Assembly (NCBI GenBank): GCA_018303485.1
Contig: JAGVYC010000014.1
Coordinates: 425-64,424, forward strand
Length of the DNA stretch: 64,000 nt
Source: Candidatus Woesearchaeota archaeon
Lineage (GTDB): Archaea; Nanobdellota; Nanobdellia; SCGC-AAA011-G17; JACPNG01
Reading direction: 5' to 3'
The notes under the pieces are model-generated. The model saw only the letters and a program-made list of their open reading frames with translations. It was not told the origin of the DNA and did no database searches. Below, piece after piece: positions 40,249 to 50,817 of this stretch; positions within the stretch are counted from its first letter, which is position 1; each line of letters starts with the position of its first letter. The position numbers were made by a program, and so were the translations under genes.

Positions 40249-41517
40249 ATGATCGACATAAAACTCATAAGGGAAAATCCAAAACTGGTAAAAGAATCAC
40301 AAAGAAAAAGAAATTTGCCAGAGAGAATAATTGATGACCTGCTTAATTTAGATAAAGAATGGAGAAAGACAAAAGAAGAAGCTGATGATTTAAGGTCGGA
40401 AAGAAATAAAATTAGTTTACAGATAAATGAATTCAAAAAGGAAAAAAAAGATATTTCTCAGTTAATTAAAAGGGCAAAAGAGATTCCAGAAAGGCTAAAG
40501 CAGTTGGAAGAAACAGAAAATGAATTAGGATCAAAATCAAAAGGCTTATTGTTAAATCTGCCAAACATAATAGATAAATCTGTTCCTATTGGGGATGCAT
40601 CTAAAAATAAAGTTTTAAAAGAGTATGGCAAAAAGCAAAAATATAAATTCAAGATTAAAGGCCATGAAGAGCTATTAAAGGACTTAGATCTGCTGGATTT
40701 GGAAAAAGCCTCTCAAGTAAGCGGGGCAAGATTTTATTATCTCAAGGGAGACATGGCAAGATTAAATTATGCAATAATAAACTTCGCGAAGGATTTTCTT
40801 TCAAAAAAAAGGTTTACATTTATACAGCCGCCTTACATGCTGAACAGGCAAGCATTGTCTTGTGCAATTACGCTTGCAACATTTGAAGATACAATATACA
40901 AGATTGAGAATGAAGACCTATATCTTATAGGAACAGCAGAGCATGCATTGAACGCATATTACATGAATGAAACAATAGATGCAAAAAAGTTGCCAATAAG
41001 ATTTTTTGGCATATCACCTTGCTTTAGAAAAGAAGCAGGTGCACATGGAAAAGATACAAAGGGCATATTTCGAGTGCACCAGTTTGACAAGATAGAGCAA
41101 TTTGTTTTTTGCAGGCCAGAAAATTCATGGAAAGAATTTGAGCTTATACTAAATAACACCACATCAATGTTTAAGATGCTTGGCATTCCATTCAGGTCTG
41201 TTACATTATCATCAGGTGATACAGGCATTGTTGCATCAAAAACCATTGATTTAGAAGGCTGGTTCCCTGTCCAGAATGCATACCGCGAATTAGCCTCCTG
41301 CAGCAATGTTTTAGACTACCAAGCAAGAAGGGGCAATATAAAGTATGTTGAAAATGATGAAAAGAAGCTAGTTCATACATTAAATAATACAGCAATAGCT
41401 ACACAAAGAATGCTTGCTTGCATGGTTGAAAACTTCCAGCAAAAAGACGGCTCAATAAAAATACCAAAAGTTCTGCATAAATATGCTGGTTTTAAAATCA
41501 TTAAAGCAAAACAATGA
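40249..41517 (+). CDS. serS: Seryl-tRNA synthetase
   Basis: MIDIKLIREN, GARFYYL, GTAEH, FRKEAGAHG...RVHQF, ELASCSN, HTLNNTA. Confidence 0.96.
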   Translation: MIDIKLIRENPKLVKESQRKRNLPERIIDDLLNLDKEWRKTKEEADDLRSERNKISLQINEFKKEKKDISQLIKRAKEIPERLKQLEETENELGSKSKGLLLNLPNIIDKSVPIGDASKNKVLKEYGKKQKYKFKIKGHEELLKDLDLLDLEKASQVSGARFYYLKGDMARLNYAIINFAKDFLSKKRFTFIQPPYMLNRQALSCAITLATFEDTIYKIENEDLYLIGTAEHALNAYYMNETIDAKKLPIRFFGISPCFRKEAGAHGKDTKGIFRVHQFDKIEQFVFCRPENSWKEFELILNNTTSMFKMLGIPFRSVTLSSGDTGIVASKTIDLEGWFPVQNAYRELASCSNVLDYQARRGNIKYVENDEKKLVHTLNNTAIATQRMLACMVENFQQKDGSIKIPKVLHKYAGFKIIKAKQ

Positions 41518-41580
41518 TGCTCTTTTTTGCAGGTTAAGCGCAAAAGAAAGCTTTTTAAAAATACCTAATAATTCTCTAAT

Positions 41581-43764
41581 ATGGCAGACCTAATAATTTG
41601 CGAGAAACCATCTTCATCCGAGAAGGTAGCTAAAGCCCTGGCAGATAGCAAGGTAAGCAAGAAAACCGAAAAAGGAATATCTTATTATGAGATAAGCCAC
41701 AATAGCAAACAGATATTAGTTGCCTGTGCAGTTGGTCACTTGTATACCTTGGCAGAAACAAACAAGAAAAAATGGACTTATCCTATCTTTGATATAGAAT
41801 GGACTGAATCTAGTGAGGTCAGCAAGTCAGCTGCTTATACAAAGAAATATCTTGATGTAATAAAAAAATTAGCAAAAAAATCAGAAGAAATAATCATATC
41901 AACAGATTATGATGTTGAAGGCGAAGTAATAGGTCTAAATATAGTAAGGTTTGCTTGCAACAAGAAAGATGCATCTCGTATGAAGTTCTCAACATTGACA
42001 AAAGATGAACTAATAGACTCTTACGAACACGCCTCTAAACATTTAGACTGGCCTCAGGCAGAAGCAGGCGAAACTCGCCACTTTCTTGACTATTATTTTG
42101 GAATAAACCTTTCAAGGGCATTAACACTGTCAATAAAGAATTCAACAGGCTCTTTTAAATTGATGTCATCTGGCAGAGTTCAGGGCCCTACATTAAAGAT
42201 TCTTGCAGATCGAGAGCGCGAAATTTTAGCATTTAAATCAGAACCATACTGGCAAATAGGAATTAAAACAGAAAATGATATAACTGCATTTCATGAAGAA
42301 GGAAAATTCTTTGACAAGAAAAAAGCAGAAGCAATATTCAATAAAATAAAGGATAATTCTGCAACTGTCTCAAAGTTAGAAAGAAAAGAATATGCCCAAG
42401 ATCCACCACATCCATTTGATCTGACAACAATGCAACTGGAAGCATATAAAACTCTAAGGATAACACCAAAAGAAACACTGGCTTTAGCGCAAAACTTATA
42501 CATTAATGGTTACATCTCATATCCAAGAACAAGCTCCCACCAACTGCCTGAATCTTTGGGATATAAAAAAATATTGCAAAGCATTGCGTCACAGGATAAA
42601 TACAAGCACCTTGCTAATGAATTATTAAAAAATAAGATTCTAAAGCCAAATAATGGCAAGAGAACTGATCCAGCACATCCTGCAATTTACATCACCTCGG
42701 AAATACCAAAAAGCCTGGGCGATAGAGAGCAAAAACTTTATGACCTAATAGTCCACCGCCTTTTAGCAACATTTGCAGACAAAGCAATTATGGAGACAAT
42801 GAATCTAAACCTTGATGTAAGGGGCGAGAATTTCATAGCTAAGGGGACAAGGACAAAGATTCCTGGATGGCACAAGTTTTACGAGCCATATTTGATGATA
42901 AAAGAAGTTGAATTGCCAGAAGTCAAGGAGAAACAAATATTAAAAGTAACTGAATCAGCAATGCTTGAAAAAGAAACCCAGCCTCCAAAAAGATATACAC
43001 CTGCTTCAATAATAAAAGAGCTTGACAAAAAAAATCTTGGAACAAAATCAACGCGCGCAGAAATCCTGGACAGCTTATACCAAAGAACTTACATAAAAAA
43101 TGAGTCAATAGAAGTAACTAATTTGGGACTGAAAACCATTGAAACTCTTGAAAAATACTGCCCAGAAATCATAGATGAAAATTTGACGAGGAATTTCGAG
43201 GTTGAAATGGATCAGATAAGGGAAAAAACAAAAAAGCCAAAAGAAGTTCTTGATGAAGCAAAAAAATTCTTGACAAAAACTTTAGATCATTTCAAGCAAA
43301 ATGAAGAAAAAATAGGTAATGCCCTTGCAGAAGCAAACAGGGAAACAAGAAACAAGGAAATCTTCATTGGAAAGTGCCCTATTTGCAAGGAAGGCGATTT
43401 GCAGATTAGAAGGGGAAAATATGGCATATTTGCAGCTTGCAACAGGTATGAGCAAGGCTGCAGCACTACATTCACTTTGCCAAAAAATGCATTAGTAAAG
43501 GGATCTGAAAAAAACTGCGAAATCTGCAATTACCCAAAGGTTCTAATCATTAAGGCTAGAAGAAAGCCCCAAGAAATATGCATTAACCCAAACTGCGAGA
43601 GCAAAAAGCAAGAGGAAGAAAAGCTAAAAGAGCTTGTCAAGGGAAAAAAATGCCCAAAATGCAGCAGTGATTTAATAGTTAAGAGCGGAGTTTACGGCTC
43701 TTTTCTGGCATGCCCAGGTTACCCGAAATGCAAGCATATAGAGAACATTAAAAAACTGGTTTAA
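41581..43764 (+). CDS. topA: DNA topoisomerase IA with C-terminal Zn ribbons
   Basis: ICEKP, GHL, TDYDVEGE, SSGRVQ, ISYPRT (catalytic Tyr), AHPAI, LGTKSTR, C4 Zn ribbons. Confidence 0.96.
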   Translation: MADLIICEKPSSSEKVAKALADSKVSKKTEKGISYYEISHNSKQILVACAVGHLYTLAETNKKKWTYPIFDIEWTESSEVSKSAAYTKKYLDVIKKLAKKSEEIIISTDYDVEGEVIGLNIVRFACNKKDASRMKFSTLTKDELIDSYEHASKHLDWPQAEAGETRHFLDYYFGINLSRALTLSIKNSTGSFKLMSSGRVQGPTLKILADREREILAFKSEPYWQIGIKTENDITAFHEEGKFFDKKKAEAIFNKIKDNSATVSKLERKEYAQDPPHPFDLTTMQLEAYKTLRITPKETLALAQNLYINGYISYPRTSSHQLPESLGYKKILQSIASQDKYKHLANELLKNKILKPNNGKRTDPAHPAIYITSEIPKSLGDREQKLYDLIVHRLLATFADKAIMETMNLNLDVRGENFIAKGTRTKIPGWHKFYEPYLMIKEVELPEVKEKQILKVTESAMLEKETQPPKRYTPASIIKELDKKNLGTKSTRAEILDSLYQRTYIKNESIEVTNLGLKTIETLEKYCPEIIDENLTRNFEVEMDQIREKTKKPKEVLDEAKKFLTKTLDHFKQNEEKIGNALAEANRETRNKEIFIGKCPICKEGDLQIRRGKYGIFAACNRYEQGCSTTFTLPKNALVKGSEKNCEICNYPKVLIIKARRKPQEICINPNCESKKQEEEKLKELVKGKKCPKCSSDLIVKSGVYGSFLACPGYPKCKHIENIKKLV

Positions 43765-43845
43765 TAACAGGTTACTATTGTAATTATTCTTTTAAAAACC
43801 CATTTATAAATATATGAAAACTATACATTTCATAAAATAGATTTA

Positions 43846-44128
43846 ATGATAAGTGAATATGGCAGAGATTATAACATATATGGGGAATTTAACCTATGGT
43901 GGGAAGGGAAGTTTAAATTGGAATATAAAGAAAGAGAGATATGTTCAAAGATTAAAAAATTTTTAGAGATGCCCAAAATAATAGCATTAACCGGACTAAG
44001 AAGGGTGAAAAACTACAATAATGCTAAAGATCATAGAGGAATGGCTTTCTTCAGGGTTTGACCCGCAAAATATATTCTTCTTTTAATTTGATGATTTTAA
44101 AGGTAGTCAAATTATCAACAAAATATAG
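43846..44128 (+). pseudogene. Truncated AAA+ ATPase (AAA_14-type) pseudogene
   Basis: IIALTGLRRV then frameshift to KTTIMLKIIEEWL...NIFFF*FDD; Walker A broken, internal stop, truncated. Confidence 0.7.
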
Positions 44129-44140
44129 TCATTTGATAGA

Positions 44141-44761
44141 TTAAATCTTAACAATGCCCTCTTTTTTAATTTCGAACAGCATGTCTTTGGAAAACGGCTT
44201 CTCAACAATTAATCTTCTGGGTTTTTTCTCAAGCCTTATTATTACATCGCTATTATTAACAACTATTTTCCCACCAGTAGGATTCAACAATCCGCTTTTT
44301 AAATCAGAATAAACCTGATTTATGATTAAGATAGGTATATTCTTTGCCAAGTCCTTTAATATCATAATCTGCTTCCCAAGTATTGCATTTGCCTTTACAT
44401 AATCTTTTTTAACATTCATCCTGTAAAAATTTCCAATGGTGTCTACAATAATTAATGAAACACCCTTAACAGAGCTAATTTCCTTTATTGCCTTGTGCTG
44501 GTAAAAAAAATTTCTAACCTTTATTAGGATTATCTTTTTTATAACATTATCAAAATCATTGGTTAATTGCTTTAGCCTCTCGATGTTAAATCCATTTTCA
44601 GTGTCTAAAAATATAACCTTTCCTTGCTTGCTGTATTCTATTGCTGCCATCTTTGCTAGTGTTGTTTTTCCAGAAGAAGCTTCGCCATAAATCAAAGTCA
44701 GCCCTTTATAAGATCCTATAATTTCATCAAGCACATTGCAGCCAGTTTTTGCCATAAGCAT
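44141..44761 (-). CDS. radB: RadB-like RecA-family protein
   Basis: KTGCNVLDEIIG, YGEASSGKT, FLDTENGF, LIIVDT, NQVYSD, FEIKKEG; start uncertain. Confidence 0.85.
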   Translation of the reverse strand: MLMAKTGCNVLDEIIGSYKGLTLIYGEASSGKTTLAKMAAIEYSKQGKVIFLDTENGFNIERLKQLTNDFDNVIKKIILIKVRNFFYQHKAIKEISSVKGVSLIIVDTIGNFYRMNVKKDYVKANAILGKQIMILKDLAKNIPILIINQVYSDLKSGLLNPTGGKIVVNNSDVIIRLEKKPRRLIVEKPFSKDMLFEIKKEGIVKI

Positions 44762-44829
44762 TATAACAATTAAATCATTTAAAAACTTACTCAATGTATC
44801 TTAAATATACAACAGTCTCACCGAATATC

Positions 44830-45765
44830 TTACGGAAGATTATTATATTTTGTAAATGAAAGCATCCATTGTAATATAAGCAAGAATAATATAATTGATA
44901 TCAATAATGGGGACAGTCTTAAACCAACATTTTGATTTCTTACATTAGAAATTTCAGAATAAGAATTCTTAATTTCATTTTCATCATCAGCCGCGTAATA
45001 CTTGCCGTTTGAGTTAAAAGCAAGTTTCATCAGCAGCTCTTCATCTATAGTTGATATCGCCTCGCTTCCTGAAAACTTTCCGCCTTTTGTTGTTCCAATC
45101 CCAATTGTATAAACAGTTATGTGTGCATTATTGACGTAATCAATTCCTTTTTCAACAGGCACTCCAACAGTAGATCTTCCATCAGTGAGCAATATTATTG
45201 TTTTTGGCCTTGTTTCCATTAAAACTAAATTAGTTGATGTTACTAATGCATTTCCAATGTCTGTTCCCCCAACCTCTTTGATGTCTATCTTATCTATGCT
45301 CTCTTTAGCTTTGTTAAAATCAGCAGTCAGCTCTTGTTCAACAAATGTTGTCCCAGAAAAAGCAACAACAGCAATTCTTGCATCCCTTGGCATGTTATCT
45401 ACGAATTCCTTTGCTGCATTTTTTGCAACCTCCAACCTGTTTGGTGAGAAATCATCAGCAGTCATGCTTGCACTTGCATCAATTGCTAATACAAAATCTA
45501 CATTATTGCTCTTGCCAAAATACCATAGTGTTGTGCCAGAAGCAGCAAGTACAAGGAAAATAAGGATAAGCAAGCTAACTGAAAATGCCAGCATGTTGTG
45601 CGTTAATAATTTTGTAGGTCTGAACACCCTTGATATAGCTTCAAAATTCGAAAATTTCAATGCAGCCTTTTTCTTATATTTTAAATTATAAACATAAGCA
45701 GCTATAAGCAGAGGTATACCAAATAAGAAATACAGATTATTTGGGTCTGTAAATATTACCTCCAT
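44830..45765 (-). CDS. vWA domain membrane protein (BatA-like)
   Basis: DASAS MIDAS, PNRLEVAK, GTDIG, LLTDG, TIGIG; flanking TMs. Confidence 0.9.
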   Translation of the reverse strand: MEVIFTDPNNLYFLFGIPLLIAAYVYNLKYKKKAALKFSNFEAISRVFRPTKLLTHNMLAFSVSLLILIFLVLAASGTTLWYFGKSNNVDFVLAIDASASMTADDFSPNRLEVAKNAAKEFVDNMPRDARIAVVAFSGTTFVEQELTADFNKAKESIDKIDIKEVGGTDIGNALVTSTNLVLMETRPKTIILLTDGRSTVGVPVEKGIDYVNNAHITVYTIGIGTTKGGKFSGSEAISTIDEELLMKLAFNSNGKYYAADDENEIKNSYSEISNVRNQNVGLRLSPLLISIILFLLILQWMLSFTKYNNLP

Positions 45766-46643
45766 TGTTTGTTCCTCATATTAAAAAACTCTGTTATTGG
45801 TTCAACAAAAGATGCATTTGTATACAGCTTGATAAAGCCCTGTCTTGATTTCAAAAATGCCCTTTCAACATTTTTTTCCTGTTTTTTAGTAAATTCCTCA
45901 TATCTTCTTTTAACACCAGAGCTGTTAACAGTCATTTGTTCATTTGTTACAGGATCTTCTATAGTAACAAGCTCTCCTTTAGCAGGCAGTTTGCTGTCCC
46001 TTATATCTCTAATCATTACTGCTATTACTTCATATTTTTGTGATAACAGCTTAATGTTTTCTTCCCACCTGCCTTTCATATTTATGAAATCAGATAATAT
46101 AAATATTATATCCCCTTTTTTTACAAAATTTAACAAAAATTCAGAAGCTTTATTGAAATTAAACCCACCACCATAATATTTCGGATCAGTTATGCTGTTC
46201 GAGAATATATAAAACTGCTTAGGACCATTTACAAAAGGATACTTGCATTTGTCATTATCTGCAAACAAAGAAAAACCAACAGCATCTCCGCTCTGCAGTA
46301 TTGTATGAGCTAATGATAAAGCAACTTCTGCTGCATATTCCCCCTTTAATTTTGATATTGATCCAAACTCCATATTTGAGCTTACATCAATCAGAAAAAA
46401 AACATTAAGGTTTCTTTCTTCAACAAACTCCCTCACAAGCAGTTCATTAGCTCGAACAGAAGCTCTCCAGTCTATAATTTTGGAATCATCGTCATTCTCA
46501 GAGTATGCCCTGTAACCATCAAATTCTACCCCCTTGCCCTTGAAAATGCTCCTATATTTTCCAATCATTCCTGCTTTTATCGGCGATTTTATGGAAATAT
46601 CTAAATTCAATATGTTATGTATATCCACATATAGTTTACTCAT
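45756..46643 (-). CDS. DUF58 family protein
   Basis: GKGVEFDGYRAY, IDWRASVR, REFVEER, DVSSNM, ILSDF. Confidence 0.9.
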   Translation of the reverse strand: MSKLYVDIHNILNLDISIKSPIKAGMIGKYRSIFKGKGVEFDGYRAYSENDDDSKIIDWRASVRANELLVREFVEERNLNVFFLIDVSSNMEFGSISKLKGEYAAEVALSLAHTILQSGDAVGFSLFADNDKCKYPFVNGPKQFYIFSNSITDPKYYGGGFNFNKASEFLLNFVKKGDIIFILSDFINMKGRWEENIKLLSQKYEVIAVMIRDIRDSKLPAKGELVTIEDPVTNEQMTVNSSGVKRRYEEFTKKQEKNVERAFLKSRQGFIKLYTNASFVEPITEFFNMRNKQWR

Positions 46644-47605
46644 GTTATCTTTACTTTTTTCAGAATCTCATCTATAATATTATCAGTGGTTATCTTCTTA
46701 GCAAGACCTTCATAAGTTAATATTATCCTGTGCCTTAATACATCATGTGCAACATCTTTTATGTATTGTGGCACAACAAAATTTTTTCCATTTAGCAATG
46801 CTTCTGCCCTTGCTGCAATAGCCAGGTTTATAGCTGCTCTTGGCGATGCGCCATATTCAATATAATAACCGCTTTTTATTCCATAATTTTTTGAATTCCT
46901 TGTTGCATCAACTATTCTTGTTATGTAATTTTTTACTTTGTCATTTACCATTATATTCCTAGCTGATTTTTGCATTTCGCTTATTCTAGAAGGTTTTATA
47001 ACTGGTTTTATGCCAAAATCTTCAAATTTATGTATGTTTATGTTCTGGTCTATTACTATTTTCTCTTCATTCATTGAAGGATAGCCAATAAACAATTTAA
47101 ACAAAAACCTGTCCATTTGGGCTTCAGGCAGAGGGTAAACACCAGAGCTTTCAATTGGGTTTTGTGTTGCCATGACAAAAAAAGGATTTAGCATAGAAAA
47201 TGTCTCTTTGCCTATTGTTGTCTGTCTTTCCTGCATGGATTCTAGCAAAGCTGACTGTACTTTTGGCGGAGCCCTATTTATTTCATCAGCAAGAACAAAA
47301 TTTGCAAATATGGGCCCTTTAACAAAATAAAATCCCCTGTCTTTGTTATATGCTGTTATGCCTGTTATGTCTGTTGGCAATAAATCTACTGTGAATTGTA
47401 TTCTTGATGTGTTGCATCCAGTTGCTCTTGCCAGAACCCTCATAATAATAGTTTTCGCTGTTCCAGGTAAACCTTCAATAAGAACATGGCCGTCAGCAAC
47501 TATTGCTCTTAAAATAGCATGGACAACCCTGTCTTGCCCAACAATTAATTTTTTGACCTCTTTTTTAATGTCATTTAAATCCTTTTGATATTGCTGGATA
47601 TCCAT
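46640..47605 (-). CDS. MoxR-family AAA+ ATPase
   Basis: EGLPGTAKT, RIQFTVDLLPTDITG, DEINRAPPKVQSALLE, ATQNPIE, YPLPEAQMDRF. Confidence 0.95.
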   Translation of the reverse strand: MDIQQYQKDLNDIKKEVKKLIVGQDRVVHAILRAIVADGHVLIEGLPGTAKTIIMRVLARATGCNTSRIQFTVDLLPTDITGITAYNKDRGFYFVKGPIFANFVLADEINRAPPKVQSALLESMQERQTTIGKETFSMLNPFFVMATQNPIESSGVYPLPEAQMDRFLFKLFIGYPSMNEEKIVIDQNINIHKFEDFGIKPVIKPSRISEMQKSARNIMVNDKVKNYITRIVDATRNSKNYGIKSGYYIEYGASPRAAINLAIAARAEALLNGKNFVVPQYIKDVAHDVLRHRIILTYEGLAKKITTDNIIDEILKKVKIT

Positions 47606-47699
47606 AATTATTATTAGCAATTTGTATCATATAAATAGGTTTTCTGTAACTGCTATGTAACTACAAAGATATTTATATCACAATATATAGTTAAAAAAC

Positions 47700-48062
47700 A
47701 TGCAATTGCTAAAAAATCTTTTCAATAGCAAAAAAAAGCCTGCAAAAGCAAAAAGAGACCATGAAAAACTAAAAAAGCAGGTATCATACAAATTAGATTA
47801 TGCATTGCATAAAAAAGATGAAAGCCTGTTTATAAGCACATTAAAGGATTTTTTTTCAGAATTCTTTCACATAAAGCATGAATTTACCTTTGAAGAGCTG
47901 CTTAAAATAGTTAATGCTAAAAAAATCAGCAAAAATACAAGGGCAAAGTTAACAGGCATTATTGGGGAAATTAATGAAACTTATTATTCAACAGAAAAAT
48001 TGCCAAAGGAGAAATTAAAGGAGTTTAATTCAGGAATTAAAGAAGTTATAAGAGAGCTCTAA
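47700..48062 (+). CDS. Hypothetical protein
   Basis: 120 aa, EFTFEEL; divergent from MoxR operon. Confidence 0.6.
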   Translation: MQLLKNLFNSKKKPAKAKRDHEKLKKQVSYKLDYALHKKDESLFISTLKDFFSEFFHIKHEFTFEELLKIVNAKKISKNTRAKLTGIIGEINETYYSTEKLPKEKLKEFNSGIKEVIREL

Positions 48063-48139
48063 TTATACCCCTTTCTTAACCATTGCTAGAATTATCATTG
48101 AAAAAGCACATAGAATTTATCATACTTGCATAATTGATT

Positions 48140-49408
48140 TCACTGGAAATTTCTCTTCTTATACTGCACAGGATTTTTTATATTTCTGCACAAAACATGA
48201 TTGCAGTTTACATTCAAATCCCTGTAATATGCCTCATTATTGCAGTTGGGCGGCATTATATCTTCTTTTTGCCTTCTATGCCAGCTTATCTGGCTTTTGA
48301 TATACCCTTCTTTCAGGGGTTCATAATTTTTCCCATTCCATTCCATAATCATCTTATCAATATCATCGAATTCATAGCCAACTTTTTTCAGATAAGTTAT
48401 TAAAACAAACAGCGCCCTTTTCCTTCCATCTGTTTTGACACCCTCTAATATCCTTGATATGCAAGGGGCAAATAAATCCGGCTTTAATGCCATTGTTGGC
48501 TTTTCATAAACTCTCTTTATTTTTCTAACTTCATTTTTGTCTAAATTCTTTTCATACCAGTCAAATGCCTGCACCATTAAGTTAGTGGCTTCTCCATCAG
48601 CAAGATTCTTGTTTAAGAACCTTATTTCTGTATTTACTTTGTCCATTTTTGCTTTGCTTATGTCAAATTTTAGAACATTTTTTTTGTCTATTGGTATGCT
48701 CACTAAACCACTTTTTTCATTCAATGAATAAGAGCACCTGAATAAATGCCTATGTGCTATCAAAACCGGATCTATGTCAACAACACAAAAAGGATTTAAT
48801 ACATTATTTGTCACTATTTCATTGAACTTTTTTCCAGTAATCTTCATTATCTCATCAATATTGCTTATTTTCATTATTTCTTTTCTTAGCTCATCCTTTA
48901 TCATGTTTTTCAAGTATAATGCTACGACCTTTGTTCCTTCTGGAAATAAAAACCTCATTTCTTTTTTATTTACGTACTTAGGAAATAACTCAAATGGAAC
49001 AATTATGTGGAATCCAGATCTTCCTGAGAATTTGATTCCCATGCCTGTTATATCATAAAACTCCAGGGCATCAATTATCAATTTTGCGCATATCTTTGAA
49101 TAATCAAGAAAATTACTGTCTACATCAAGCAATAAATCCCACCCAATTTTAAAGTCATTCAATGATTTTTTGTCATCTCTGCCAAGAACAAAGGGATCAC
49201 TCCATCTTTCTTCAGATATATGAAAAGATGTGGCTCCTTGCCTGGCAAGCTCTAAAACATCACCTTCAAACTGAAGTACATCCGGCCTTTTTCCATATCC
49301 TTTATCCCCGAATTTTACAGCAACTTCCCTATTCTTGGCTATGCTAACCATCTCTTTTTGAATGTCTTTTTTCGAGTAATACCTTAGTATTTTCTCATTC
49401 ATCATCAT
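48140..49408 (-). CDS. Fused PriS-PriL DNA primase
   Basis: PriS: WDLLLDVD, KFSGRSGFH, RHLFRCSYSL; PriL C-terminal: FAPCI, PPNC...C...C.NIKNPV; start approximate. Confidence 0.88.
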   Translation of the reverse strand: MMMNEKILRYYSKKDIQKEMVSIAKNREVAVKFGDKGYGKRPDVLQFEGDVLELARQGATSFHISEERWSDPFVLGRDDKKSLNDFKIGWDLLLDVDSNFLDYSKICAKLIIDALEFYDITGMGIKFSGRSGFHIIVPFELFPKYVNKKEMRFLFPEGTKVVALYLKNMIKDELRKEIMKISNIDEIMKITGKKFNEIVTNNVLNPFCVVDIDPVLIAHRHLFRCSYSLNEKSGLVSIPIDKKNVLKFDISKAKMDKVNTEIRFLNKNLADGEATNLMVQAFDWYEKNLDKNEVRKIKRVYEKPTMALKPDLFAPCISRILEGVKTDGRKRALFVLITYLKKVGYEFDDIDKMIMEWNGKNYEPLKEGYIKSQISWHRRQKEDIMPPNCNNEAYYRDLNVNCNHVLCRNIKNPVQYKKRNFQ

Positions 49409-49455
49409 AAAATATATGTAATATATTGCCAAACTTAGTCTAAAAATCTTTCGAA

Positions 49456-49842
49456 TTATTCCTTGCTTGCTGGTGCTCCCATTTCAAGCACCATATTAGA
49501 AAGCTCCCTGTCAATTTCTTCTGCAGCAGTTTTTAACTCGCTAGCTTGTTTTTCAATTATATCTTTTGCATCACTGATGTTTTTTTTCACAATAACATTC
49601 CCGCCAACATTCATCAGTATTTTTTCCGGATCATTAATTTTTGTTTCTATGAATATTCCGCCGCCAATAGGAGCCAGTATTTCATCACTCTTTTTTAACC
49701 CCTTTAAATTATTTATGCTCTCAAGAACCATTGCAATTTCATTATATTCTTGTTTTATAAGCACTAGATGCTGTTGCAATTGCTGAATCTCTTGCCTTTT
49801 TAAATTCAAATTTTCATTATCCTCACTTTGTTCTTTTTGCAT
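49456..49842 (-). CDS. pfdA: Prefoldin alpha subunit
   Basis: EILAPIGGGIFI, ILMNVGGNVIVKK between coiled coils. Confidence 0.92.
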   Translation of the reverse strand: MQKEQSEDNENLNLKRQEIQQLQQHLVLIKQEYNEIAMVLESINNLKGLKKSDEILAPIGGGIFIETKINDPEKILMNVGGNVIVKKNISDAKDIIEKQASELKTAAEEIDRELSNMVLEMGAPASKE

Positions 49843-50116
49843 TTTTCTTTACAGCCCTTTTTCCAACAGCAACCCTCTTTTTTGCTATTAAACCCTCTTC
49901 ATTCATAGCACTCAGTATCTCTGCTTTGTCAGAGGTTTTGCTCACTTTTAAGACCATATCCAATGGCTCTAAATGTGAGATGTTGCACCTTTTTCTGGTA
50001 ACTTCCCCTTCTATTAAAACAAAATTATTATCAAGCTTGTCTATTACAACACAATACTTGCCTGCTTCTTTTCCAGTCAGTTTTACACAAACCCTTCCAG
50101 TATCATAAATCATCAT
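49823..50116 (-). CDS. rpl14e: Ribosomal protein eL14
   Basis: GRVCVKLTGKEAGKYCVVI, KRCNISHLEP. Confidence 0.93.
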   Translation of the reverse strand: MMIYDTGRVCVKLTGKEAGKYCVVIDKLDNNFVLIEGEVTRKRCNISHLEPLDMVLKVSKTSDKAEILSAMNEEGLIAKKRVAVGKRAVKKNAKRTK

Positions 50117-50117
50117 T

Positions 50118-50360
50118 TTAGCTCCGTACCTTTCTTATTATTTCATTTCTCATGCATTTGCTGCACAAGCTGCCGCCATAAGGTCTATTTGGTCTCTTTT
50201 TGCTCTTTGCCAAGCCTCTAAACTTGCTATTGCTTAATTTTGGAATCCCCTGCAATCTCTTGCCGCATATGCCACAGCCAGCGATTTTTGGTATAGCTCT
50301 TTTCTCAATTACCTTTAACTTGTTTCCCGGCAGCTTGGAATATAATTTTCTTATTTTCAT
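50118..50360 (-). CDS. rpl34e: Ribosomal protein eL34
   Basis: CGICG..L.GI, RPNRPYGGSLCSKC. Confidence 0.93.
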   Translation of the reverse strand: MKIRKLYSKLPGNKLKVIEKRAIPKIAGCGICGKRLQGIPKLSNSKFRGLAKSKKRPNRPYGGSLCSKCMRNEIIRKVRS

Positions 50361-50813
50361 TTAATGCACCTTTAATATTTTTCTTAAAATCTGGCTGAAA
50401 ACCACTGAAAAAATAATATATGCCCATATCCAACCCAAACCCAAAAATATCTTTGGATTGCCAATAGCATTATAATATTCTCTTAGATAAACAAATAAAA
50501 GAGCCATTGGTATGAATGTTATTATCATGGGCTTAAAATTATGCTTGAACGAATCAATGAATGTGCCCTTAAACTGCTCAAGTTGTTTTTTTTGCAGCTC
50601 AGCCAGCTTATCTGGATTATTTTTATGGTCTTTTAATTCTTTCTGCAGTTGTATGCTTTCTTCCTTTATTCTTTTTAGCTCTGCCTGATTGCTTGCATAC
50701 TTGTATATTATTGTTATTAAAAGAGTTAAAATGAAAGTTAATGCTGCCATGCCATATAATTGATGCCAATTCAGTAGAACTCCCACACTCTTGTCTAAAT
50801 ATTCATAAGCCAT
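50361..50813 (-). CDS. EMC3/TMCO1 (DUF106) Oxa1-superfamily membrane protein
   Basis: TM-coiled coil-FKPMIITFIP...GWIWAYII; follows secY. Confidence 0.85.
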   Translation of the reverse strand: MAYEYLDKSVGVLLNWHQLYGMAALTFILTLLITIIYKYASNQAELKRIKEESIQLQKELKDHKNNPDKLAELQKKQLEQFKGTFIDSFKHNFKPMIITFIPMALLFVYLREYYNAIGNPKIFLGLGWIWAYIIFSVVFSQILRKILKVH

Positions 50814-50817
50814 AATT

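Noticed and set aside
44830-47605. MoxR-DUF58-vWA operon as a novel system
   Set aside because: Well-known widespread arrangement.
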